Counted from the first letter of the stretch, positions 50,073 through 60,671 are shown. The stretch: DNA of 64,000 nt from Candidatus Bathyarchaeota archaeon (GCA_963780185.1 CAWABA010000011.1:64001-128000); one strand, 5' to 3'. Program-made: numbers and translations. The notes: a model not told the origin generated them from the letters alone.

Positions 50073-50552
50073 TCACATCGAGCCGTTTGATGGACTAGAA
50101 AGCCGTTTTAAGCTTGTTTCTAGCTCCTGGCGGATGATTTCTATGACTTTTAGATGGTCTTTTAGCTCTTCTTCCTTGCCTGGCATGTCCTGGTGTGCCT
50201 CCACATAATCGTGCAGTTTACTGGCGATTTCGAGATACGGGTCAAGAGTTGTGCTCTCAAACACCCCCAAATAACCTAGAAGTAGCACCGTATAGATGGA
50301 TTTTATTACGTTTTCTTTGGACTGCTGTAATGTCCTATTAAACGATCCTCGGCTTATTTTAGCCTTAGTTAGCCTTAAGTTGGCTTTTTCATCGTATTTC
50401 AGCTGGTTCCCCGATAGATTTTCAGCTAATACGTCTATTAATAGCGTTTCGAGCTGTGTTTTAGTTAATTGACTGTTTTTGGCGAGAATTTGCACTATGG
50501 GGTCGTTTAAAGCGCCATTTAACCATGTTTGTACGCCGTCTTTTAGCTTCAA
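50073..50552 (-). CDS. Conserved hypothetical HTH-like protein
   Basis: NSQLTKTQLETL...ISRGSFNRTLQQS. Confidence 0.75.
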   Translation of the reverse strand: MKLKDGVQTWLNGALNDPIVQILAKNSQLTKTQLETLLIDVLAENLSGNQLKYDEKANLRLTKAKISRGSFNRTLQQSKENVIKSIYTVLLLGYLGVFESTTLDPYLEIASKLHDYVEAHQDMPGKEEELKDHLKVIEIIRQELETSLKRLSSPSNGSM

Positions 50553-50880
50553 ACTTCGTATTCCTCCGTATATCTTAATGAATACGGTTTTGTATACTGG
50601 CTCGAGTTTTTAAGGCTTGTTCATCCAAAAACACAATAATTTGATGCTAAAAAACATGTTAATGTGACTGTAACAAGCAAACAAGTGTGTATTGTGCTCC
50701 TTTTATAGATTCAAAACTATAAGCACCATTTTTAGTAAATAGCGACAAAAAACGCGGTGTTTGAAATGAAGACTTTATTGGATTTTAGACACAAACTGAT
50801 AGTTTTGACTTAAGGTGTCCTCGTATTTTTAGACCAAACAGTAGATTTGTAACTTCCCATTAGGTCCTTTTTCCATCCAC

Positions 50881-51014
50881 TGTGATAATGTGAACATGCC
50901 TTTTTAGCTCCTTCAATGGACGTGACGTCATTAATATCACGTTAAAATCACTGTGATTTCCAGCTGAAACCCGTTACATCACATTGTGTGATGGTGCTGT
51001 GATACGTTTGTGAT
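50881..51014. repeat. GTGAY/RTCAC motif cluster 2
   Basis: 9 copies; TGTGAT at 50987, 50998 and 51009 spaced exactly 11 bp. Confidence 0.78.
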
Positions 51015-51040
51015 TCAATGGGTTTCTGTGGCCTAGCAGC

Positions 51041-51874
51041 TCAGAGAAGCTCTGCGGCTTCTTTTAGTTTGTCGAAGATTTCGGGTCTTAGATCTCTAAG
51101 AGACGGGATGAAGGTTTCTGCGTTTCTTAGGTCGCCAAAATCCACATCGCATGTTATAAAATCCTCTTCGTCATACTTTGCCTTAGCTAAAACGTCCCCG
51201 TTTGGGTTAACAAGCCTGCTTCCTCCCCAGAATTGCAAACCATCCTGGACACCTGCGAGGTTCACGTAGGCTACGTAAGCTGTGTTTTCGATTGCTCTTG
51301 CACAGGTTAACGTTTCAAAGTAGCTTCTGCGGACAGCTGGAGACGCCGATATGCAGACGATTAACTGTGCACCCTTTAAGCGGATGAGTCGGGTTACTTC
51401 AGGGAAGAAAATGTCGTAGCAAATGCATAAGCCGATGTTGCCGATGCCTGTTTGGAAAGCTGCCGTTTGGTAACCCGGGCGGTAATATCTTTTTTCTTCA
51501 AAGACGCTGTGGGTTGGCAGGTACATTTTACGGTATTTGCCGATTAAGCCTTTGGGGCCCACGAAGACGGCGGTGTTGAAGACTGTTGCTTGGGTGTTCT
51601 CGCTTAACTCCGGCATTCCGAAGATTAAGTGCATCCCCGTTTTCTTCGCTAAAGCTTCCGCCTTCTCAATCGTTGGTCCAGGGATAGTCTCCGCCAACTC
51701 GTATACTTGGTCATGAACCACGTAGCCAGTGAGCGACATCTCTGGGAAAATAGCCAGCTCTGCCCCTTGCTCTTTGGCTTTAACCGTTAGCTTCTCGATC
51801 TTCTGAAAGTTCGCTGCTTTGTCTTCTCGTTTGCTGCTTATTTGGGCGAGGGCAATTTTGATTTTATCTTTCAT
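51041..51874 (-). CDS. Carbon-nitrogen hydrolase (probable glutaminase partner of NadE)
   Basis: FPEMSLTGY, YRKMYL, ICYDIFFPE; directly downstream of nadE. Confidence 0.9.
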   Translation of the reverse strand: MKDKIKIALAQISSKREDKAANFQKIEKLTVKAKEQGAELAIFPEMSLTGYVVHDQVYELAETIPGPTIEKAEALAKKTGMHLIFGMPELSENTQATVFNTAVFVGPKGLIGKYRKMYLPTHSVFEEKRYYRPGYQTAAFQTGIGNIGLCICYDIFFPEVTRLIRLKGAQLIVCISASPAVRRSYFETLTCARAIENTAYVAYVNLAGVQDGLQFWGGSRLVNPNGDVLAKAKYDEEDFITCDVDFGDLRNAETFIPSLRDLRPEIFDKLKEAAELL

Positions 51875-51888
51875 CTGTTTTTCACTTT

Positions 51889-52731
51889 TTAATAGTTGTT
51901 TCTTGGAAGCCTAAAATCTACTCCTACCGTTCTGTAACCGATCTTAGGTGCAATCGGCATTCTGCGTTTATGCTCATTGTTCAGCCATCTACGCTTGACT
52001 AATTCAACTGTTGATTTTTCCATATCCAACTGGTTGGCAATCTCTTCGGTGGTCATGAACCGTTCTAAGCCATATAGGATGAGGTCTAAGATTTCGTATC
52101 TGATGCCGAGTTCTGTCTCCGCCATCTGCGTTGGCCAAAGTGCTGGTGTGGAGGGTTTTAAGGCAAGTTCGGCTGGGATTCCTATGTGGATGGCAAGCTT
52201 GCGGACCTGCGTCTTGTAAAGATCCATAATCGGGGTTATGTCTGAGGCGCCGTCTCCCCACTTCGTGAAGTAACCCATCATCGTCTCCGACTTGTCTGAG
52301 CTGCCGCAAACAATCTTGTTGAATTTGTTCGCGTAATAGTAAAGGTAAATCATTCTGGTTCTTGCCTTAACGTTTCCTTTGCAAAGCCTGTCTTTCGAGT
52401 CGAATACTGGAATCTGCTTGTAGAAGCATCGCATGACCTCTGTCATGTCACAGACACTGGTTTCCAGTTGAAATTGTTTCGCTACTGCCTTCGCGTCGTC
52501 AATATCTTTTTGGCTAAAGTTTTCCTCTTCAGGAAGCATCAGGGCTAAGACGTTTTTTCCGCCAACTGCAACGCTGGAAAGGGCGGCTACGGTGGCGCTG
52601 TCGATTCCGCCGGATAGGCCGAGGACTATTCCTTTGGCTCCAGCGTTTTCAACGTATTCTTTGATGAAGCGGCAGATTCTGTTTTGTGTTTCCGAAAAAT
52701 CTATGTCGAAGACAGAGGGTGTAAGTTTCAG
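51889..52731 (-). CDS. nadE: NAD+ synthetase (extended upstream of the ORF-track start)
   Basis: In-frame upstream sequence contains LGLSGGIDS; GNVKARTRM, GYFTKWGDG, HKRR. Confidence 0.93.
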   Translation of the reverse strand: MKLTPSVFDIDFSETQNRICRFIKEYVENAGAKGIVLGLSGGIDSATVAALSSVAVGGKNVLALMLPEEENFSQKDIDDAKAVAKQFQLETSVCDMTEVMRCFYKQIPVFDSKDRLCKGNVKARTRMIYLYYYANKFNKIVCGSSDKSETMMGYFTKWGDGASDITPIMDLYKTQVRKLAIHIGIPAELALKPSTPALWPTQMAETELGIRYEILDLILYGLERFMTTEEIANQLDMEKSTVELVKRRWLNNEHKRRMPIAPKIGYRTVGVDFRLPRNNY

Positions 52732-52830
52732 TCGGCTTCACCAGCCCATATACTCTTGGTTTGTAGGCAAGTATTTAAGGACAAGCATAAATATTACTCA
52801 ACAACATCGGCGATTTGAAGGCTGTTTAGT

Positions 52831-53100
52831 TTGGGTCGAAGAAGAAAGAAAGTTGTTCATATTCCAAAGAAACGTTTGCCAAAGTTCTTTTCCTGCCCAA
52901 AATGCGGGAAAGAAACTGTTAAGGTAGAAATTTCCAGAGAAGAAGGCGGTCACTCCGTTGCGCAATGCAGTAGCTGCGGGCTTAAGGAAGAGTTCCCCGT
53001 TAAACCAGCCCAAGGAGAAGTCGACGTTTACTGCATGCTAACCGACCGCGTTTACGGCACTGGTAAAAGAGCGCCGCTGCCAAACTTAAAGAAAGAATAA
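52831..53100 (+). CDS. elf1: Transcription elongation factor Elf1
   Basis: MGRRRKK, FSCPKC, CSSCG, VDVYC. Confidence 0.88.
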   Translation: MGRRRKKVVHIPKKRLPKFFSCPKCGKETVKVEISREEGGHSVAQCSSCGLKEEFPVKPAQGEVDVYCMLTDRVYGTGKRAPLPNLKKE

Positions 53101-53119
53101 GAATCGAAGGATTACCGGC

Positions 53120-53872
53120 ATGCTAGGGCCTACCGAAAAATATTTAATGGAAAAAATAAAAGCTGAAGGCTCCATCCACCTAACACTTATTGACCCTGAA
53201 AAAGTGACGGCTCAAGATGCTTCACGTATAGCTGAAAACTCCAAGAACAGCGGAACAGCCGCCATCATGATTGGAGGCTCCACTTTTATTTCCCAAACAC
53301 ACCTCGACGACGTGGTTAAAGCCATTAAGTCCCGCGTGTCTCTTCCAACAATACTTTTCCCGAACAACGTAACAGGCATAAGCAGCCACGCAGACGCCAT
53401 ATGGTTCATGTCTCTTCTAAACTCGGTTGACCCTTACTTTCTCATCGGGGCCCAAATCTTGGGTGCTCCGCTTATCAAAAAATACCATTTAGAACCCCTA
53501 TCCATGGGATACATAATCGTCGGCGACGGGGGAACCGCTGGCATCGTGGGAAAAGCAATCTCCGTGCCCTACAACAAGCCTGAACTTGCGGCAGCCCATG
53601 CTTTGGCTGGCCAATATCTTGGTATGCGCTTTATCTATCTTGAAGGCGGCTCAGGCGCGAAAGACCCGGTGCCTCCCGAGATGATTCATGCTGTCAAACA
53701 CGTCCTTGAAATTCCCCTAATAGTTGGTGGCGGAATAAGAACTAAAGAGCAAGCAGTAGCCGCGGCGTCTGCAGGTGCTGACATCATAGTCACGGGCAAC
53801 GTTACTGAGACAGCAGATTCTAAGCAAAGAGTCGCTGAAATCATCACGGCAATCAAAAACATCAAAGCCTAA
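53120..53872 (+). CDS. Geranylgeranylglyceryl phosphate synthase
   Basis: TLIDPEK, MIGGST, YLEGGSG, VGGGIR, VTGN. Confidence 0.94.
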   Translation: MLGPTEKYLMEKIKAEGSIHLTLIDPEKVTAQDASRIAENSKNSGTAAIMIGGSTFISQTHLDDVVKAIKSRVSLPTILFPNNVTGISSHADAIWFMSLLNSVDPYFLIGAQILGAPLIKKYHLEPLSMGYIIVGDGGTAGIVGKAISVPYNKPELAAAHALAGQYLGMRFIYLEGGSGAKDPVPPEMIHAVKHVLEIPLIVGGGIRTKEQAVAAASAGADIIVTGNVTETADSKQRVAEIITAIKNIKA

Positions 53873-53948
53873 GTTTGCACCGTTTCCGTTTTTATTTTTT
53901 AAGTTTAGTTTTAGAAAGGCAAAATAACCTATCATTGTATATGTTGCC

Positions 53949-56900
53949 GTGGGAAGCTGCTCTTTGAAAATTAGCAAAGGCTATCGAAGTTACGTTGACG
54001 AGCTTGAAAGCGAGCTGAAGCGTCTGTATGCTTTGAGCGATAGCGCAAGATCGGTAGGCTTGGATCCCGCCTTGAAAACGGAATGCATCGTCGCCCAGGA
54101 CATCGCTGACTTGGTGGAGGGGCTGGTTGGACCCCCGCGAGTGGCGTTAAGCATCAGGGACTTGAGCACTAAGATGCAGAGAGAGGAAATAGCTTTCAAA
54201 GTCGCTGAAGAAATCGTCCTGGGCAAATTCGGCTCAAAAGACCCTGAGCAGTTGGCTGAACAGGCGATTAGGACGGCTCTTGCAATTTTCACTGAGGGCT
54301 TAACGGCGGCGCCGATTCAAGGAATCGCTCAAGTTAAAATAAAAATCAACGCCAACCGAACCCGATACTTAGCCATTTACTTCGCGGGTCCAATAAGGTC
54401 GGCGGGGGGAACAGATCAAGCCTTAACTTTGGTTGTAGGCGACTTCGTGAGGCAACAGCTGGCGTTGGATAGGTATAAGCCCACGGAGGAAGAAGTTTCC
54501 CGTTTTGTCGAAGAACTCCGGCTCTACGAACGCTCCGTAGGCCGCTTCCAGTACCATATACCCGACGACGAACTAAAAAAAGCGCTTAACCTGATTCCAG
54601 TCGAATGCACAGGCACCGAATCCGACCCAGTTGAAGTTTCATCTTACCGAAACCTTCCCCGAGTTGAAACAAACCGAGTAAGAGGCGGTGCACTCAGGGT
54701 CGTTAACGACGGCATAGTGGGGCGCGCCCAAAAGGTTTTCGTTATCATCAATAAAATCGGCTTTCAAGGTTGGGATTGGCTCAAAGAGTTCAAGAAGAAG
54801 TCTGAGAAGAAGTCAGGGGGCTTCATGGATGACGTGATAGCTGGGCGCCCCATCTTTGCTTTTCCCTCAAGACGCGGCGGTTTCAGACTTCGGTATGGCA
54901 GGTCAAGGAACACAGGCTTGTCCGCTGTCGGTATTCATCCCGCAACGATGCTTGTGCTTGAAAACTTTCTTGCAGCAGGCACGCAGATGCGGCTGGAGCT
55001 TCCTGGAAAAGGCTGTGTCACCCTCCCCGTGGACTCGATTGAATCCCCAGTTGTTCTGCTCAAAGACAACTCAGTCGTCAAGGTTACAATGCAAAATTTC
55101 CCCGAGGTTAAAGGCAAAATCCAGAAAATCCTGTTCCTAGGCGACATCCTCATCAGCTTCGGAGACTTCCTCTACTCAAACAAAAGCCTTCCCCCCTCAG
55201 GATACGTTGAGGAATGGTGGGCAAAAGACCTCCAGAATCAAATCAAGAACAAATTCAACTCAGACATCCAGACGGCAGCTGAAGCCGCGGAGGTTTCTCC
55301 GGAAAAAATCAAGGCTTTTCTAGATGACCCCTTCTTTTGCAAACCCACCGTTAAAGAGGCAATCCTCCTCAGCCAGCACCTTGAAGTTCCATTGCATCCC
55401 ACCTGCATTTTCTTTTGGACAAGCCTATCGTCAGCACAGGAAGTTGAACAACTACGAAGTTGGCTTTGTTCCTCAAAAATTACGTTGGCTGAAGGCGTCG
55501 CATGCAGAATTGAAGGCGAACTCAACCAAGATGTCGTGGCCTTGTTGAGGAAGATTTTTGCTCCACACAAATTAGTCGGCGATAAAATCATTTTTGAAGG
55601 GGAAAATGCTGCCGCTTTCGCCTTCAGTCTCGGCTGCGGCTCCGCTGGACCGTTGGATGTTGCCCAACCTTTGGCCGTGATGGCTGCCGTCAGCGGACTT
55701 GCCGGGGTGAAAGTTAAAGATAAGGCTCCTACTTACGTTGGCGGACGCATGGGGCGACCTGAAAAGGCGAAGCATCGCGAGATGAAACCCAATGTCCACG
55801 TTCTTTTCCCTGTAAGTTTGGCAGGTGGCTCGCACCGGGATCTTTTGGAAGCTGCGAAGCAAGAGCATGTTTTCATTGAAATGGTAAAACGCAAGTGCCC
55901 CAACTGTAAGACTTACACTCGAAGGGTAAAATGCCCGAACTGCGGCGGCGAAACCTTGGAGGAAAAAAGTTGCCCCCGATGCGGAAAACCTTTGAAGGAC
56001 AATCCATGCCCAGTCTGCAAGGCTGACCCTATCTTGTACCAGCGGCAGTCAGTGAACTTCAGGGAGCTGGTTGATGACGCCTGCAAATCTCTTGGCTACT
56101 CCGCTCCAAAACAGCTGCGGGGCGTTAAAGGCTTAACGAACCTGAACAAGACCCCTGAAATTGTTGAGAAGGGCATTTTGCGGGCAAAGTACGATTTGTC
56201 CGTTTACAAGGATGGAACAATCCGTTTCGATGGCACAAACGCTCCGCTGACACATTTTACTCCTGCAGAGGTCGGTGTGCCTGTTGAAAAAATAAGGCAG
56301 CTAGGATACGACTGCGACACGCATGGGTTCCCCTTGACGGATCCCAATCAAGTCTGTGAACTCAGAGTTCAGGACGTGGTGATTCCGTGGAAAGCAGGAG
56401 AATACTTCCTTCAGATCGCGGCGTTCATCGACGATTTGCTCATTAGAGTCTACAAGCTTCCTCCTTACTACAACGTTAAAAAGGCGGAGGATCTTGTTGG
56501 GCACCTTATTTTCGGTTTAGCCCCGCACACATGCGCTTGCATTTTGGGACGTGTCGTCGGCTACACAGACCGTAACGTGATCTATGCGCATCCTATTTGG
56601 CACTCGGCGAAGCGGCGTGACTGCGACGGAGACGAAGACGCGATTATGTTGGCGTTAGATACTCTTCTGAATTTCTCCCGCGTTTATTTGCCAGCTCAGA
56701 TAGGCGGAATCATGGATGCTCCGATACTTTTGATTCCGTTTGTTAACACTAAAGAGGTGCAAAGGCAAGCCCACGACTTCGACGTCGACCAGACTTACCC
56801 AGTTGAGTTCTACCTGAAAACTTGGGATAAAGGCGAAGCTGGACCCATAAGCTCAATCATGGACGTCATCAGCCACAGGCTTGGAACCGAAGCCCAATTC

Positions 56901-57377
56901 GAAGGCTTCCAGTACACAACACCCGTGACCAACATAAACCTCGGCAACGCCAACAGCTCATACAAAGAATTCAAATCCATGATTGAAAAACTCAACATGC
57001 AGCTGGGGCTGGGCGAAAAAATTGATGCCGTGGACGTTAAACGGGTCGCCTTGAAGGTTTTAACCACGCATTTCCTAAGGGACATAGCAGGCAACTTGCG
57101 CGCCTTCTCCACGCAGGGCTTTCGATGCAAATCATGCAACAAAAAGTTTCGGCGGCTGCCTCTTAAAGGAAAATGCCCGTTCTGCGGCGGAAAACTTACC
57201 CTGACTGTTTACCGGGGCGGCATCGAGAAGTATCTGGAGGCGGCTCAGACACTTGTCGATACATACGGGTTGCCCAACTACTACACGCAGCGCCTTGACC
57301 TCATAAAAGAGGAAATAGCTTCAATGTTTGACAACAAAAAACCTAAACAATCCAAACTTTTCGATTTCGGTAGCTAA
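53949..57377 (+). CDS. polC: DNA polymerase D large subunit DP2, no intein seen
   Basis: AGPIRSAGGT, GGFRLRYGR, KRRDCDGDED, C-terminal zinc finger. Confidence 0.97.
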   Translation: MGSCSLKISKGYRSYVDELESELKRLYALSDSARSVGLDPALKTECIVAQDIADLVEGLVGPPRVALSIRDLSTKMQREEIAFKVAEEIVLGKFGSKDPEQLAEQAIRTALAIFTEGLTAAPIQGIAQVKIKINANRTRYLAIYFAGPIRSAGGTDQALTLVVGDFVRQQLALDRYKPTEEEVSRFVEELRLYERSVGRFQYHIPDDELKKALNLIPVECTGTESDPVEVSSYRNLPRVETNRVRGGALRVVNDGIVGRAQKVFVIINKIGFQGWDWLKEFKKKSEKKSGGFMDDVIAGRPIFAFPSRRGGFRLRYGRSRNTGLSAVGIHPATMLVLENFLAAGTQMRLELPGKGCVTLPVDSIESPVVLLKDNSVVKVTMQNFPEVKGKIQKILFLGDILISFGDFLYSNKSLPPSGYVEEWWAKDLQNQIKNKFNSDIQTAAEAAEVSPEKIKAFLDDPFFCKPTVKEAILLSQHLEVPLHPTCIFFWTSLSSAQEVEQLRSWLCSSKITLAEGVACRIEGELNQDVVALLRKIFAPHKLVGDKIIFEGENAAAFAFSLGCGSAGPLDVAQPLAVMAAVSGLAGVKVKDKAPTYVGGRMGRPEKAKHREMKPNVHVLFPVSLAGGSHRDLLEAAKQEHVFIEMVKRKCPNCKTYTRRVKCPNCGGETLEEKSCPRCGKPLKDNPCPVCKADPILYQRQSVNFRELVDDACKSLGYSAPKQLRGVKGLTNLNKTPEIVEKGILRAKYDLSVYKDGTIRFDGTNAPLTHFTPAEVGVPVEKIRQLGYDCDTHGFPLTDPNQVCELRVQDVVIPWKAGEYFLQIAAFIDDLLIRVYKLPPYYNVKKAEDLVGHLIFGLAPHTCACILGRVVGYTDRNVIYAHPIWHSAKRRDCDGDEDAIMLALDTLLNFSRVYLPAQIGGIMDAPILLIPFVNTKEVQRQAHDFDVDQTYPVEFYLKTWDKGEAGPISSIMDVISHRLGTEAQFEGFQYTTPVTNINLGNANSSYKEFKSMIEKLNMQLGLGEKIDAVDVKRVALKVLTTHFLRDIAGNLRAFSTQGFRCKSCNKKFRRLPLKGKCPFCGGKLTLTVYRGGIEKYLEAAQTLVDTYGLPNYYTQRLDLIKEEIASMFDNKKPKQSKLFDFGS

Positions 57378-57418
57378 AGCTTTTCAACCTAAACGCCAAG
57401 TATTCTAACGGTGACTCT

Positions 57419-57671
57419 GTGCATCCTAACGCTTACCTGAAAAATACAAGAAACGTGAAGAGCGGTCTTAGGGCAAGAAGCAAAATCTTGGAGACTCTGG
57501 AAGACAAGACATGCGGCGCCCCACGGTTAGCCAAGGCCACAGGGTCTTTCTTACAAGGTTGTGACGCATCATCTTCGTCTTCTCAAGAACGAAGGCATAG
57601 TATCCCGAAATCAACACAGACCCTACTATTGGGCAGCTACTGGTTTAGGGCAGAAGCGCCTGCAGGGTTAG
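57419..57671 (+). CDS. ArsR-like HTH protein (frameshift ~57542)
   Basis: ARSKILETL...LAKATG then shifted frame LSYKVVTHHLRLLKNEGIV...PYYW..TGLGQKRL. Confidence 0.78.
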
Positions 57672-57958
57672 AATGTGCATTGGCAGGGTGATTGTTGGCA
57701 TTTTGGGCATTTATGGTTGTATTTGTTGAGGGCTGCCTGTTCAAGGTCGATTCCCATTATGTTTGCGAGGGAAGCTAGCCATGCGATGACGTCTGCGAAC
57801 TCTTTTTCGGTGGCTTCCCTGTCGGTTCCTTTTTTGATTTCTTCTCCCAGTTCTCCGACTTCGTCTACAAGCCAGTTGAAAGTTCCTTCTACTCCACGTT
57901 CTGAGTCTCTTTTGAAGTACAGTTGACGCATCATCTGCTGGAATTCACTAATCTGCAT
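57668..57958 (-). CDS. MazG-like nucleotide pyrophosphohydrolase
   Basis: WLVDEVGEL, EFADVIAWLASLAN, C-terminal CPKC..PCQC. Confidence 0.9.
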   Translation of the reverse strand: MQISEFQQMMRQLYFKRDSERGVEGTFNWLVDEVGELGEEIKKGTDREATEKEFADVIAWLASLANIMGIDLEQAALNKYNHKCPKCQQSPCQCTF

Positions 57959-58092
57959 AGGCTTCCCCGGTTTTAGAGTCCAACAAAGCGGACTTTAAAC
58001 ATTTCTAATCCAAACAAAAGCGGATGTTTCGAATTGGCAGCCTGCACAACATTAATTAATGGTTACGGTTACATGAGAAGGCAGGGATAATA

Positions 58093-58266
58093 GTGAGCAG
58101 TAGAAGAAAAAAGAAAGATACTGGTCCAATGCCTGCAGCAAGCGCAGGGTTGCTCAGATTCTTCGAGGAAGAAACTGAAGGCATAAAGATGAGGCCCGAG
58201 TTGCTTGTGATTTTCTCAGTTTCACTGATTGTCCTATCGGTGCTGGCTAAAGTGTTCTTCCCTTAA
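58093..58266 (+). CDS. secG: Preprotein translocase Sec61beta/SecG
   Basis: Not in ORF track; MSSRRKKK...SAGLLRFFEEETEGIKMRPELLVIFS plus TM helix. Confidence 0.92.
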   Translation: MSSRRKKKDTGPMPAASAGLLRFFEEETEGIKMRPELLVIFSVSLIVLSVLAKVFFP

Positions 58267-58274
58267 ACGCTTAC

Positions 58275-58571
58275 TCAGCGTCTCGGCGCAGTAGCGTGTA
58301 GAACTTCTATTCTTTGAACTGAATTCAAATGTAGAAATATCTCGCTTCTTTCTTCTCGGCTTGTAATCTGCGGGATGGGCTGCGCAATGGTTGACCTTAA
58401 AACGATGGCTTCAGATTCAGAAAGCCAGATTCCTGACGGCTCATGCGTCACCGCGGCTAAGGTGCCTTCGAAACCGTACGCTGGGTCAATGATTACCCTG
58501 ATTTTCTTGCCCACGTTCCTCTCCAACATGTGAAATATCGAAGGGGGCAAGTCTCTTTCCGACATAGCCAT
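58275..58571 (-). CDS. Sm/Lsm-like protein
   Basis: LERNVGKKIRVII...FEGTLAAV...IFLHLNSVQRIE. Confidence 0.68.
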   Translation of the reverse strand: MAMSERDLPPSIFHMLERNVGKKIRVIIDPAYGFEGTLAAVTHEPSGIWLSESEAIVLRSTIAQPIPQITSREERSEIFLHLNSVQRIEVLHATAPRR

Positions 58572-58819
58572 CGCAAACTAACACATAAGGCAAGTTAAAG
58601 ATAAAACAATTACCCCGAAACGGCATGTTCAATTTTCGCGTTGTAAATCGGAACTGCTCTTTTTTCATCTTAGCTTTAACTTCTACCTGCCAAAACAACC
58701 GTTGCCTCAGCTGTCTATTGCAGGAAAATTGTATTTCCTGTCTTGCGGCGCGGTTCAACTTCGCTAAATTTTAATAAGGCTCCCCGCCTCCATAAGAGAC
58801 TCAATCTTGAGCTGATGAC

Positions 58820-60638
58820 ATGGAAGACACAAACTCACTTAACCGCTCCATAGACGACGCCAAAAAACATTACTCATCCTTATTCCCTCTTCCATCACTC
58901 AAAATAGCACTCGCAGCCACAGCGGCTGTCTGCTTCTTAATAGGATTTTTGGCTTATGCCGCTCTCTCTCAGAGCTTATTCCGTGCCCTCCTTCTTGCAC
59001 TATCACTTTTTGTCATTACAGTTGTGTCTGATTTAGTCGTTAGCAAATTGGTTCTTCGAAAAGACGCGATTTTCGATCTACGCCGAACCAACGTTTTATC
59101 CTTGGTTGGGTTGGGTTTCTGGTTGCTCTTCATAGCAATCGGAGTTGCGTTAGGTCCTCTCTTTGGCTGGCAACTGTGGGAAAAGCTTGCCCTAATCGGT
59201 TTCGCCGCAATCGTAACGCTTAAAATTATTGCGTTTATGGCGACCTCGGGGGCAGATGTGTGGCGAAAAGGATTATCGGTTTTGCTACAGCCAACACTCT
59301 GCCTGGTTCCCTTCGTTGCCCTTTGGACTTCCAGCGGCATTCCACTTTTGCAGGTTTTACCCTTCATCATTATCTCTTCAGTAGTCGCTTTGTTGACGGC
59401 GGTGCTGTTTTTTTACCCCATCGATCGACTAGGAAGAACATACTCAATTTCTTCAATTCCCCTCTTCAAAGCTTTCATAGCCAACCGGGTAACAAACGCT
59501 AACGCACCTTTCGAAAAATTCCTTGAAGACATGGGAGAGGACGCAGATATCGAAGTTAACATCTTAAAGTTTGAATCATCCAACAAACCTAAAGCCGCAG
59601 TCATCGTTCCCTTCGTGCATCCTGGGCCATTCAAAAACATAGGCAGCAGCCTTTTGCCCTCCATGATGAAACATGAATTTCAAAAAGAGTACAACTGCGA
59701 AGCCTGCACACCTCTTGGCATTTTGGGGCATGAACTTGATTTGGCGTCACAAATGCAGAACCAAAAAATCGTGTCTCAAGTGATTTCTTCTGCAAAGTTC
59801 AAAGCATCAGCGAATTTGGCGTCGCCCTTCGTGAGAGTTTCGGAGGGAGTTGCTTCGGCTTCCTGCCAAATCTTCGGCGACACCGTTTTTCTCAGTTTTT
59901 CGTTGGCTCCAGAGACAACTGAAGACCTTCCTCAAGAGTTAGGGCGCATCGTAAGAGAAGAAGCAGCAAAATACGGGTTGAAACACGCCATAGTAGTTAA
60001 CGCCCACAACAGCCTAACCGACATAGTCGACGTTCAAGAGCATTTAGATGCTCTTACGCCTTGCGGCTTCAAAATGCCTCAAAAAAGCAGTCGAACAGCC
60101 AACCAGCCCGTTCAGAGTCGGAGCCGCCAGCATCTATCCTGCAGAGTTTTCTTTGAAGTCAGGGATGGGAAGCGGCGGAATCACAGCTTTAATTGTTGAG
60201 GTGCAGGAGAAGAAAACCGCTTACGTGGTGATTGACGGGAACAACATGATTTCTGGTTTACGAGAGAAGCTTCTTGCCGCTTTGGGTTCGGCTGGTTTTA
60301 GCGAGAGCGAAATCTTCACCACCGACACCCACGCAGTGAGCGCGATCGTCACTAGCCGTCAAGCCCATCACGGTTACCATCCTGTGGGCGAAGCCATGGA
60401 CCAGGAGCTGCTGACACGAATAATCTGTGACGTTGCAAAGAAAGCCGCGGAAAACTTGGAACTCTCAAACGCAGGCTGCTTGCAACTGGTTGTTCCACAA
60501 GTGAGAACTATCGGGGAAGAAAGGTTAAAGTCGATGACTACGCTGGTTGATCGGGCAATCCAAAAAATCAAGCAAACAGTAATCCCCGTCTTCGCGTTGG
60601 AAGGGCTAATTTTAATCTTGATTCTAACGTTTCTATGA
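58820..60638 (+). CDS. DUF2070-family membrane protein (frameshift ~60055)
   Basis: Multi-TM N-half, VHPGPFKNIGSS, VNAHN, IDGNNM, TTDTH. Confidence 0.85.
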
Positions 60639-60671
60639 CTCAAATGTCCTTTTTCAGTGCGGCTAAGTCAG

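Noticed and set aside
49789-51014. CRISPR array
   Set aside because: Repeats are only 5-6 bp, on both strands, without regular spacers; no cas genes in the window.
52738-52749. In-frame ATG-GGC-TGG-TGA before nadE as selenocysteine readthrough
   Set aside because: The TGA is part of a GGTGA Shine-Dalgarno-like motif at a non-catalytic position; no supporting SECIS seen.
53949-57377. Intein in DP2 (or in Cdc6)
   Set aside because: Lengths are normal and no Cys...His-Asn splice or LAGLIDADG motifs interrupt conserved blocks.
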